Assembly: GCA_964012805.1 (NCBI GenBank)
Contig: CAXGUD010000002.1
Coordinates: 1-64,000 of the forward strand
Direction: 5' to 3'
Origin: an uncultured Bacteriovoracaceae bacterium
Lineage (GTDB): Bacteria > Bdellovibrionota > Bacteriovoracia > Bacteriovoracales > Bacteriovoracaceae
Length of the DNA: 64,000 bases
The position numbers and the translations under genes were made by a program. Within the stretch, counting starts at the first letter, position 1. Each line of letters starts with the position of its first letter. Of the stretch, positions 9,635 to 18,700 are shown one piece after another. A model generated the notes under the pieces. The model saw only the letters and a list, made by a program, of their open reading frames with translations. It was not told the origin of the DNA and did not search any database.

Positions 9635-11062
9635 ATGAAGAAATTTAAACTCCATCACCTTATCTTGCTTGGAATGTTTGTTGGCTTAATAGCTGGGGGG
9701 ATACTCAATGTGTCTCAAAAACAAATGGACCCCGAGGTTTTTCAAAACTCCCTTTGGTGGATTAACCTTTTTGGAAAAGACCTTTTTATAGGGTCCCTTA
9801 AGATGATTATTGCTCCCCTTATTTTTTCTTCTATTGTTGCAGGTATTTGCTCTCTACCTTCAATGGATGATTTAGGTAAAATTGGTGTCAAAACTTTCGT
9901 GTATTATTTTTCAACGACTGCTTTGGCCGTAACACTTGGTCTCGTTGCTGTCCTTGTTATTCGACCAGGGCACAAAGAAAACTCTCAAAAATTAAGAGAG
10001 ATGAGAAGTGTAGAAATAAATTATATAAAAGAGCGGTTTAAAAAGGAAAACCCACAGCTGGGCCTGGAAACCAATGAAGGCAAAGTGGCATTTGCTTCAT
10101 ACCTCGCAGTAAAAAGTGGTTCCAATGCAAGTGATTTTAATGCCAAAAAATGGTCCACAATTAATAAGGGAGCAAAAAGGGGACCAGGAGATATGATGAG
10201 AGAGGATATTCTTCTTAAGATTTTGGTCAACCCTTTTAAATCTTTGGCCGAAACAAACTCTCTTGGAATTATTGTTTTCGCTATTATTACAGGTCTGGCT
10301 TGTCTGTCATTAGGCGACAGGGCCAAACCTGTTATGAACTTCTTCATCGCTTTAAGTAGTATTATGAATGTCATCACGATGTGGTTAATGAAACTATCTC
10401 CCGTGGCCATAGGTTGCCTGATTACATCTATGGTGGCCACTCAGGGTCTTCCAGCTTTGAAATCCCTTGCTTGGTATTGCTTAACCGTCATTGTAGGTAT
10501 AGGGCTTCACATTATTTGCCTTTTAGCTATCGTTTCTATTTTTGGAAAAATGTCACCACTTACTTTTTTAAAAGGAATAAGAAACGCATGGTTGATAGCC
10601 TTTTCAACGACTTCAAGTGCTGCAACATTACCTGTAACAATGAAATCAGTTGAAGACAACCTAGACGTCTCCCCAAAAGTATCTAATTTCGCTCTGCCTG
10701 TTGGTGCTACTTGTAACATGGATGGAACCGCTCTTTATGAAGGTATCGCTATTATTTTTATGATCCAAATATTTGGTGGGTTGAGTGATGTCCCTATAGA
10801 GTTGACTGCGGCCAAAACCTTTATTATTTTTATTACGGCAGTGCTTGCAAGTGTAGGAGCTGCTGCTGTCCCAAGTGCTGGCCTTATTACGATGGCCATT
10901 GTTGCCAACGCTGTTGGCTTACCCCTTTATTATATTCCAATCTTGTACGCAGTTGACCACCTCCTTGATCAATTTAGGACCTCAACAAATGTCATGGGGG
11001 ATGCCGTAGGAGCTGTCGTTGTAGACCGTTTAGAGAAAAAAAATCTTTCCTCGACTCGTTAA
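9635..11062 (+). CDS. Dicarboxylate/amino acid:cation symporter (DAACS, GltP/GltT family)
   Basis: AFSTTSSAATLP, GATCNMDGTALY, DQFRTSTNVMGD motifs. Confidence 0.93.
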   Translation: MKKFKLHHLILLGMFVGLIAGGILNVSQKQMDPEVFQNSLWWINLFGKDLFIGSLKMIIAPLIFSSIVAGICSLPSMDDLGKIGVKTFVYYFSTTALAVTLGLVAVLVIRPGHKENSQKLREMRSVEINYIKERFKKENPQLGLETNEGKVAFASYLAVKSGSNASDFNAKKWSTINKGAKRGPGDMMREDILLKILVNPFKSLAETNSLGIIVFAIITGLACLSLGDRAKPVMNFFIALSSIMNVITMWLMKLSPVAIGCLITSMVATQGLPALKSLAWYCLTVIVGIGLHIICLLAIVSIFGKMSPLTFLKGIRNAWLIAFSTTSSAATLPVTMKSVEDNLDVSPKVSNFALPVGATCNMDGTALYEGIAIIFMIQIFGGLSDVPIELTAAKTFIIFITAVLASVGAAAVPSAGLITMAIVANAVGLPLYYIPILYAVDHLLDQFRTSTNVMGDAVGAVVVDRLEKKNLSSTR

Positions 11063-11138
11063 AAACATAAACTATTGCCGATTTTTTTGGTTAATTACCT
11101 TCTTAATAACAATAAATTTTGTATTGGTATAAAAAATT

Positions 11139-11165
11139 TTAATAAACCTTGTCATAAACCGAAAA
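11139..11165 (+). promoter_or_regulatory. Putative sigma28 promoter
   Basis: TTAA-N15-ACCGAAAA upstream of AAGGAG RBS and receiver gene. Confidence 0.55.
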
Positions 11166-11186
11166 AGCATTTGCTAAAGGAGATTT

Positions 11187-11567
11187 ATGACCGAGAAAAG
11201 AAAAGTTCTTATCGTTGATGATGCGGAAGTCATGAGAAAAGAAGTTGCGACGCTTTTGAAAGATAAGTATGAGACTTATGAAGCCGAGGATGGTTTGCAG
11301 GCCTTAGAACAAGTTAGAAAAGTTGTGCCCGATATGATCATTCTTGACCTTGAAATGCCAGTTATGGGTGGGTTTGAGTTTTTAGATAAAGTAGATGAAA
11401 TTCTAGATCCCATACCTCCGGTCCTTATTTTAACAACTATTTCTACTAAAAGAAGGGAAACTAGGGAAAAGGGTGCACAATTTTATATGGATAAACCCTT
11501 TGATAAAGAAAGGCTTTTAACCGTAGTAGAGCACCTTCTTAAAAGTGAAAGCACAAGACCCAATTAA
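11187..11567 (+). CDS. Single-domain response regulator (CheY-like)
   Basis: IVDD, ILDLEMP, LTT, KPF motifs; AAGGAG RBS. Confidence 0.92.
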   Translation: MTEKRKVLIVDDAEVMRKEVATLLKDKYETYEAEDGLQALEQVRKVVPDMIILDLEMPVMGGFEFLDKVDEILDPIPPVLILTTISTKRRETREKGAQFYMDKPFDKERLLTVVEHLLKSESTRPN

Positions 11568-11638
11568 GTCCAAAGTTGAAACTAGAGTGCAAAGGCCCCT
11601 AATGATTTTTAGTTGGAACCTTTGCTTACGCCAGATTG

Positions 11639-12226
11639 TTAGGTATTGTCTTTCATAGTGTTTATGACATGTTTAATTAATGGCATTTGTTGCAAAATTT
11701 CCGAATAATCCCAATAGTCTTGGTGGTAAAGAATTTTTCCTTCACTGTTAAACCTTAACTGGCTCATTCCGAGATTTTTAAGGGGCTTAGTCCCACCTTT
11801 GGTATAAAGAACCATTTCCCAGCGTATGTATGCATCACGTTCTCCATAAACAACATCGAGTATATTAAACTTTGCTTTCTTCAACTTTATGAAAGTATTT
11901 AAAAAGTACCTTTTTATATTGGAGGACCCCTTAACGCTTTGAATTCGATCATTCAAAAAAGCTTCTTTTGCATAAAGGTTATCTATCTCTGATTCAAAGA
12001 GGGGTTTGGAGTAATCTCTAAAAACTTTTAGGAATAAATTAACAGTGTCTCTTACTTCCTCCTTATTATCGACTAAAGAAATCGAGTTTACTTCGCTTTC
12101 TTTTAAGGCCTTCATAAGCCCCTGGTGAGAATAAGAGGCGAAACTTGTTTTTATGAAAAAGAATAGAGTTATTAAGGAAAAGAATAATGTTCTCAAGTGA
12201 TTCTCCTTATGAATTAAGTTAAACAA
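11639..12226 (-). CDS. Exported NTF2/SnoaL-like fold protein
   Basis: Signal peptide; LY..EAFLND, GMSQLRFNSEGKILYHQDYWD. Confidence 0.8.
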   Translation of the reverse strand: MFNLIHKENHLRTLFFSLITLFFFIKTSFASYSHQGLMKALKESEVNSISLVDNKEEVRDTVNLFLKVFRDYSKPLFESEIDNLYAKEAFLNDRIQSVKGSSNIKRYFLNTFIKLKKAKFNILDVVYGERDAYIRWEMVLYTKGGTKPLKNLGMSQLRFNSEGKILYHQDYWDYSEILQQMPLIKHVINTMKDNT

Positions 12227-12468
12227 AAAATAGACTAAATAAGTTTTATAATGAAAAAGGTCGCTTGACCACGAATCGTTTTTTTAGTTTTTGTGATGTG
12301 TTATTATTGAGTTTTGAGTATGCTCTGCATTTTCAGCCTGGCACTGTAACGCATTTCTTGGGTGTTCATTAAGGAGGTCAAGGGGTGGTGTCATGATCAA
12401 AAAGTAACTGTTAATAGACTTTTGTTTATGTATGTACCTGTTAGGATCGGGGCTAAATCGAGTAAAAA

Positions 12469-12496
12469 ATTTCATATAATTTATATTATATGAAAC
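12469..12496. other. dif-like 28-bp site (11-6-11), nearly perfectly palindromic
   Basis: ATTTCATATAA-TTTATA-TTATATGAAAC; inner ATAA-N6-TTAT as in E. coli dif; in a 670-bp intergenic gap. Confidence 0.55.
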
Positions 12497-12894
12497 TAAA
12501 CAGAGCTAAGTATCCAAAATTATTGACTTTTCTCGCAGGAGCTCTTATTTGAGTTAGCTAGGGGTAAGATAAGGGCGTAAATAACAATTAAGGGTGGATT
12601 TAAATCATTTGTTTCAAGCTTTCGTTTTTTTACTCTGATATTATTAATATTAGGGCCTTTTCTTTTTTTCTATTTCCGCTCATTATTTACATAAGGTTTC
12701 AAAATTAATGTAGCATCATTAAGAAGGTAGACAAAGAAAAGTACCGCATAGCAGCTTTTGTAATTCCTTATCACAGAAGGGTTTCCACATGGTAAGTTAG
12801 GGTATATACTACGAAACCTGTTTTTTTGGGCTTTGAGTAAAATATAATTAATTTATAATTTAAATATAGTTTAAGTTTTAGAGGGGATTGCGTT

Positions 12895-14247
12895 ATGAGC
12901 ACCGACAAAAAAATTGAAAGCTCTCAAGCGAGTGAACAAGCCTTGGAGCATAGAAAGTTTAGAGACGATGAGTTCTGGAAAGAGCTCCCTGGCTGGGCAA
13001 GTGTGCCTCACGATGAGTTTGCAGACCACAAATGGCAAAATAAAAATGCAATTAGAAAAGTGGAGCAAGTTGAGAAAGTCTTAGGAAGCCGAGTATCTAA
13101 AGAAACTATGGATGATATCTATGCGGGGCAAAAAATAACCCCAATGAATATCCGAATTACACCCTATATTTTTGCGCTAATTAATTGGGATGATCCTCTC
13201 AATGACCCTCTTAGAAAACAATTTCTACCTATGGGGTCACAGTTTTTGCCAGATCATCCTTATTATCGAGAAGACTCTCTTAGTGAAGATGTGGACTCAC
13301 CTGTCCCTATGCTGACTCACCGTTACCCGGACAAAGTGTTATTTTTACCAACAACAATTTGTCCTGTTTATTGCTCCTACTGTACAAGGAGTAGAATCAT
13401 TGGTGGCTCGACTGAAAGTGTGGAAAAGTCTAGCTATGGTGCAAGCCAAAAGAAATGGGACGACGTTTTTGAATACCTAAAAATGAATCCTGAAATTGAA
13501 GATGTCGTTATCTCTGGTGGTGACTCCTTCATGCTTACAGCAAAGCAAATCAAGTATATCGGTGAAAACCTTCTCATGATTCCAAACATTAGAAGAATTC
13601 GTTATGCTACGAAGGGTATCGCTATTTTTCCAATGAAAATCTTAACAGATGATGATTGGGTTCAGGCAATTTCAGAGGTTCATAAGCTTGGTAGGTCTAT
13701 GAATAAGCAGGTAGTAATTCATACTCACTTCTCTAGTCCAAAAGAAATAACGACTTGGTCACAAAAAGCAATGGATAGACTTTATTCTGAAGGAATCATT
13801 GTTAGAAACCAAGCTGTTCTTCAAGAAGGGGTTAATAATACCGTTGAAGACATGGTCCTTTTAACAAGACAAGTAAGTTATATGAATGTTCAACCTTATT
13901 ATGTTTATATGCATGATATGGTTCCTGGTTGCGAACACTTTAGAACTACTTTGAAAGAAGGGGTTGAATTAGAAAAAGCTGTCAGAGGAATTACTGCTGG
14001 ATTTCATACCCCTACTTTTGTCTGCGACCTTCCTGGCGGGGGTGGAAAAAGGCATGTTGCAAGTTATGAGTATTATGACCAGGAAAATGGCATATCTGTA
14101 TGGACAGCACCCTATGTAAAACCAGGTCAGCATTTTACTTACTTTGACCCTATTCATAAACTTTCCCCTGAAGCTCAAAAGAGGTGGAGTGACAAGGGTA
14201 CAGTTGAGACGATGATTAAAGAGGCCGTTAAAAAAGCTGGTTATTAA
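12895..14247 (+). CDS. kamA: KamA family radical SAM/PLP 2,3-aminomutase (lysine 2,3-aminomutase-like)
   Basis: LTHRYPDKVL, CPVYCSYCTR, ISGGD, PTFVCDLPGGGGK (PLP lysine). Confidence 0.88.
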   Translation: MSTDKKIESSQASEQALEHRKFRDDEFWKELPGWASVPHDEFADHKWQNKNAIRKVEQVEKVLGSRVSKETMDDIYAGQKITPMNIRITPYIFALINWDDPLNDPLRKQFLPMGSQFLPDHPYYREDSLSEDVDSPVPMLTHRYPDKVLFLPTTICPVYCSYCTRSRIIGGSTESVEKSSYGASQKKWDDVFEYLKMNPEIEDVVISGGDSFMLTAKQIKYIGENLLMIPNIRRIRYATKGIAIFPMKILTDDDWVQAISEVHKLGRSMNKQVVIHTHFSSPKEITTWSQKAMDRLYSEGIIVRNQAVLQEGVNNTVEDMVLLTRQVSYMNVQPYYVYMHDMVPGCEHFRTTLKEGVELEKAVRGITAGFHTPTFVCDLPGGGGKRHVASYEYYDQENGISVWTAPYVKPGQHFTYFDPIHKLSPEAQKRWSDKGTVETMIKEAVKKAGY

Positions 14248-14261
14248 AAACCAGCTTTTTT
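14230..14261. terminator. Bidirectional intrinsic terminator
   Basis: AAAAAAGCTGGTT-6 nt-AACCAGCTTTTTT between convergent genes. Confidence 0.8.
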
Positions 14262-17250
14262 AATTAGGAAACCTTATCGTTTTACTGAAGGTATTTGTTT
14301 CTTTTATATTCAAGTTTAATTTAGGAAAGAGGACATTTTTCATGCAGGCATGGGTCTTTTTTGACTCATTTAGAAAATCAGTAAGTCTTTCCTTCAAGTG
14401 ACAACTAACCTTGGTTTTGTTTCTTTCGTTTTCAAGGCGAATAAGAGCACTAAGCTCCCCTATTTGCCTTAATTGCTCTTCCGCTAAAAGGTAAAGCTTT
14501 TCTAACTCATCACCGATTTCAAGCTCTTGATTTAGCGCCTTTTGATAAAGCTTCTTGATTTTTTCGTATACAAAAGAGAGGTCGTCGAAAAAACCCTTCC
14601 TTGTGTAATTTGATTTAAGAAACTTTTGCTCTTGTAAGCTGCAAAATACGGAAGCTTTTCCAGTACAAAACCATAGCTCCCGTGAGTTTTTACTGCATTT
14701 AAAAAAAGAGTCTTTGGGTTCTATCTCTTTAATTAAAATTCCTGGGGAGTTTTCACATTGTTTAATGGCCTTATCTATTGCCTTAAATTTTCCATATGTC
14801 TTTGCTTGAGAAAAAACATTGAAGGCCGGTGACTCACTCTCGTATATACCTTCTTTTTTAACCTTTTTTTCTAAGCAAATATCGTAAATTTCTTGTGTCC
14901 TTCTTTTTCCTTCCGTTAAATTTGAACATTGATCAATTGTTTCTTTTTTTCCTTTTTTAGTGCTTATATGGTTCTTTTTTCGGGCCAGAAGGTCTAAGGG
15001 ACAGGCCTTAGTGGAAGCAAGAAAAAGGTTCTTTGGTTCACCCTTTTGTTGACTTCCTAAATAAGTCAGTTCTTTTGTTACGATTCTCTTTGCAGGTACG
15101 GTGAGGCGGTACTTCATTCCACAATAGTTATTTGGTATATTCTCTGTGCCTACATCTAATAGTAAATTTAATTTTGTAATTGTTCTGTTTTCAATAGTAA
15201 GTTTTATTTTGTAAAGTTTACTACCTCCAATTTTTTCTTCTTTTTTATTTTCGACCTCTAAGAAAAAAAACAATTTATTTTTTAGTTTCTTGAAAACATC
15301 AACTTCAAGGGACGACTTTCTATTTTTTAAATTTAAATAATTAAAGGGGACTGAAAAAGTCATTTTAAAAAAATCAATAGGAGTTTCTACTTTTGACCTT
15401 TTCCAATTGTCAGCATAACGGAACAAATCTTGCAATTCCAACCTTTCTTTTGGAGTAAGGGGTTGTGGGGCCTCTTGATCAGGTTCATTCGGCTGATTTT
15501 CTTCTTCTCCTTCCCCTTCTTCTTCAGAGGATACTTCCGTTTTGAATAGTTCATTTATTGTAGGATACCTTTCTGAAAACCTAAGTGCAGAAAAGCCTCG
15601 AGAGTTTTTTTTCTCAGGATTGGCCCCTTTGCTTAGGAGGAACTTTATAAGTTCAACATCTTTTTTTAAAACTGCCATAATTAAGATACTATTCCTCTGT
15701 TTATTTACAGTATTTACATCGGCACCTTTGTTGATCAATTCTTTAATTTTTTCAGAGTTATAAGTTTCATGATTAAGGTATCCTTGCAATTCAAAGCTTA
15801 ATTGATTTTTCTCCAGAAATGCTTTTAGCTTAGTCAGCTTAGAGGTTTTTATGACGTCAAAAACTGTGAGTCCTTTTTTATTTTTTTGAAGTATATTGGC
15901 ACCCTTTTTCATAAGAAAGATAAAGAGGCTTTGGTCTTCATTTTTTATTGCTGAAATAAGAAGAGTGTCTCCGTCATTATTTAAATATTTTAATGATGTA
16001 CCCATTTCAGCTAAAGTCTTTATCTTTGCCGAATTAAAATGATTAATTGATGAAAATTTTTTTAAATTAATGAGTAATTGATCCAGGATGAAACCCTTTA
16101 TTCTAGAATTTCTTGCATTTGCAGCGAAGTCCAAGACATTTCTACCTGCGGAACTTTTGAGGCTTAAATCTGCACCTTTTTTAACTAAGAATTTAATCAG
16201 TTCAAAATCTTTTTTTTCAATAGCAAACATAATGGCTGTTTTACCATCTTCACCCACTGAATTAACATCGGCACCAAGGTTAATCCTTTCTTGAAGAGAT
16301 ACTTTGTTAAAAGTATTTCTTGTTAGCAAAGATTCAATTGATTGGTTAGTTTTATTCTCAAAAAGATTAATAATGGTTTTATACCTTTTTTTCTTAGCAA
16401 ATTGAAAAGGCGACTCTCCTTTTGAATTACTCTTATAGGGGTCTGCACCTTGGGAAAGAAGGAACTTAGTTAAATCTTCATCTTTTTTTATAACTGCCTC
16501 TAAAAGAGGTGTTTTTCCCCTTTTGTTTTCGCTATCAATATTGGCCCCTTTTTTTAATGCTTTTCGTATAAGATCTTTACTAAAAGGGTTTTGTGAAAGA
16601 CCCTCTCTTAGAAGGGATTGTGGACTGTCAGCAATAAGTAAATTTATTAGTTTTTTTAACTTTAAGTTTCTAGCAATATCAAGTGCGGTCATTTTCTCAT
16701 TGTTTTCCAACTTAACATTTGCACCTTTTTCTAATAAGGCCTCTACAACCCTAGCGTCATTTTTTTTCACAGCTACTATTAAAGCAGTATCACCTGAGGA
16801 ACTAAGAGTATTAACGGGGGCTCCCTGTTTAATTAAATCAATTATTTTATTACTTTCGTATTTATTTGAGGCCAAAGCTGCTTTTAGGCTTGTTTCTAAC
16901 TTTCCACCTTGTAAAAGGTCAATAATGAGATTGTTTCCAGACTTTTTTGCAAAATCTAAAGGAGAAAAGCCTTTAGGGTTTTTTAAATTTACGTTAGCTC
17001 CTCTAGATAATAAAAATTTAATAAGCTCCACATTTTTTTTAAGAACCGCCATTGTAAGGGGTGGGTTTCCCCACCTATTTAATGTGTTAACATCAGCGCC
17101 TTCACCAACAAGTCTTTTGATATTTTCGGGGTCGTAACTGCTGGGATTGGAGTATTTTGCAAGCTCTTCTTCTAAGCTCTGAGCGTAACCAAAAGTAAGC
17201 AAAAAAATGAAAAATAATGGAAAAAATAAAGCTATTTTCATAGAAACCAA
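14260..17250 (-). CDS. Secreted ankyrin-repeat protein with acidic linker and Cys-rich C-terminal region
   Basis: Signal peptide; about six ~90-aa modules with GADVN..G.T.L..A..LL.KGA; EEEGEGEEE linker. Confidence 0.88.
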   Translation of the reverse strand: MVSMKIALFFPLFFIFLLTFGYAQSLEEELAKYSNPSSYDPENIKRLVGEGADVNTLNRWGNPPLTMAVLKKNVELIKFLLSRGANVNLKNPKGFSPLDFAKKSGNNLIIDLLQGGKLETSLKAALASNKYESNKIIDLIKQGAPVNTLSSSGDTALIVAVKKNDARVVEALLEKGANVKLENNEKMTALDIARNLKLKKLINLLIADSPQSLLREGLSQNPFSKDLIRKALKKGANIDSENKRGKTPLLEAVIKKDEDLTKFLLSQGADPYKSNSKGESPFQFAKKKRYKTIINLFENKTNQSIESLLTRNTFNKVSLQERINLGADVNSVGEDGKTAIMFAIEKKDFELIKFLVKKGADLSLKSSAGRNVLDFAANARNSRIKGFILDQLLINLKKFSSINHFNSAKIKTLAEMGTSLKYLNNDGDTLLISAIKNEDQSLFIFLMKKGANILQKNKKGLTVFDVIKTSKLTKLKAFLEKNQLSFELQGYLNHETYNSEKIKELINKGADVNTVNKQRNSILIMAVLKKDVELIKFLLSKGANPEKKNSRGFSALRFSERYPTINELFKTEVSSEEEGEGEEENQPNEPDQEAPQPLTPKERLELQDLFRYADNWKRSKVETPIDFFKMTFSVPFNYLNLKNRKSSLEVDVFKKLKNKLFFFLEVENKKEEKIGGSKLYKIKLTIENRTITKLNLLLDVGTENIPNNYCGMKYRLTVPAKRIVTKELTYLGSQQKGEPKNLFLASTKACPLDLLARKKNHISTKKGKKETIDQCSNLTEGKRRTQEIYDICLEKKVKKEGIYESESPAFNVFSQAKTYGKFKAIDKAIKQCENSPGILIKEIEPKDSFFKCSKNSRELWFCTGKASVFCSLQEQKFLKSNYTRKGFFDDLSFVYEKIKKLYQKALNQELEIGDELEKLYLLAEEQLRQIGELSALIRLENERNKTKVSCHLKERLTDFLNESKKTHACMKNVLFPKLNLNIKETNTFSKTIRFPN

Positions 17251-17310
17251 CTTATTTTTAAGGTTTCTATAAGGATAAATGATATTTAAAGATTTTGGAT
17301 AATTTTTTAG

Positions 17311-17336
17311 AGGAAAAGGGCGTTTGCCCTTTTCCT
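17311..17336 (-). terminator. Probable intrinsic terminator after tldD-pmbA
   Basis: AGGAAAAGGGC-GTTT-GCCCTTTTCCT hairpin just past the pmbA stop. Confidence 0.65.
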
Positions 17337-17347
17337 GTTTTTAGTTT

Positions 17348-18700
17348 TTATTTTCCTGCAACACTTAAGTTTGAAAAGCGGATTTCAGGTGAAAAGAATG
17401 TCCCATAAGCATTGGACTTCATTTCATTCCCTATTAAGCCGATTTCCATTAAAAGTTGGTAAAAGTTTCCTGATACGGTAATTCCCTTAACCGCCTCAAT
17501 GACGACTCCATTTTCACAAAGGTAACCACTAGCACCAAAAGAAAAGTCACCACTTAAAGAGTCAGCTCCTGAGTGAAGGCCCTGAAGGGAAACAATATTC
17601 AAGTAACGTTCTTTTTTGATTTCTTCTGAACTTGCATTTCCTAATGAAATCACTTGTTGAGTACCACCAACTCCAAGAGTTCCCTTAGGGCCTCTACTGG
17701 CACTGGCGTTGTTTTCCACGCTATGAAATTTAGCCGTTGCTGAATTGTGATAAAAGGATTTTAAGATCCCATTTTCAATAAGAGAGAACTCCTTTCTTAA
17801 ATTACCCTCATCGTCAAAAGTTGAGTAATTAAATCCATCATCGTATTGAGGGCAGTCCTTTATCGACAAGCCTGATATACCGACTGATTTACCTAACTTT
17901 TCCCTCATAGGGTTAACCCCATCCATAGAACTTTTCCCACTAAACATTGTTGAAAAAACTCCAAAAAGGTCGTCTAGCATATCAGGTGAAAAGATAACAT
18001 CATATTGACCTGTCGCCACAGGGCCTGCATTTAAAAGAGAGTTGGCGTGCTTGAAAGATTCTTCAATACAGTTAGAGGGGTTAAGCTCATTAAAAACTCT
18101 ACCTACTGACCCATGGTAATGCATGGATTGTTTTCCATCCTTTTCAATAAGGGCCGACGTGTAACAGGAAAAGGATCGGTTTTTTTCAAAGCAAAGTGTT
18201 CCAAGGGAATTGGCAATGTAGCTAGCGGACTCTCCTTCAGAATATCCATTATAAGGAGCACTTTTTACAGAGCTGTCTTTTGCCTTAATTCCTTTTTCAA
18301 GCTCTAGGCAAAGCTCGATCTTTTTTTCTGCAGGGGTATCGTCTTCCCTGTAGGTCTTTTCATTATCAGCAAAAATCCTATCTTTGTGGGCGACGCAAAT
18401 CTCTTCGTATTCATCTTCTTTAACGTACTTAGAGTTTTCAAGTGCTTGATCCACCATTAGTGATAGGGAATTTTCTTGCATATCTTCACAGTAACTTATA
18501 CCGATTCTTTGGTCTTTGCCGATACGAATCCCCATAACTTGAGAGCTTGAAACCTTGTATTCCTCAAGGTTTCCTTCATTTGCCTTGAGAGAAAAGTTTG
18601 AGCTTTTTGCAAAGAGGACTTCTGACTCTTTGGCCCCTTTTGACTTGGCCATGTCGAGGACTTTTTCAATAAGCTTTACGTTTTCTTTTTGATTATCCAT
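17348..18700 (-). CDS. pmbA: PmbA/TldE family protein
   Basis: FDDEG, SGDFSFGA, ITVSGN motifs; overlaps tldD by 8 bp; no HExxxH. Confidence 0.9.
   Translation of the reverse strand: MDNQKENVKLIEKVLDMAKSKGAKESEVLFAKSSNFSLKANEGNLEEYKVSSSQVMGIRIGKDQRIGISYCEDMQENSLSLMVDQALENSKYVKEDEYEEICVAHKDRIFADNEKTYREDDTPAEKKIELCLELEKGIKAKDSSVKSAPYNGYSEGESASYIANSLGTLCFEKNRSFSCYTSALIEKDGKQSMHYHGSVGRVFNELNPSNCIEESFKHANSLLNAGPVATGQYDVIFSPDMLDDLFGVFSTMFSGKSSMDGVNPMREKLGKSVGISGLSIKDCPQYDDGFNYSTFDDEGNLRKEFSLIENGILKSFYHNSATAKFHSVENNASASRGPKGTLGVGGTQQVISLGNASSEEIKKERYLNIVSLQGLHSGADSLSGDFSFGASGYLCENGVVIEAVKGITVSGNFYQLLMEIGLIGNEMKSNAYGTFFSPEIRFSNLSVAGK

Noticed and set aside
12339..12354. Sigma54 promoter TGGCACTGTAACGC
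   Set aside because: GG to GC spacing is 9 rather than the required 10
12227..12894. Riboswitch, ncRNA or the 63-aa ORF 12284..12475 in the long gap before kamA
   Set aside because: No recognisable aptamer or strong stems by eye and the ORF has no features; an Rfam/Infernal scan would be needed to exclude an RNA
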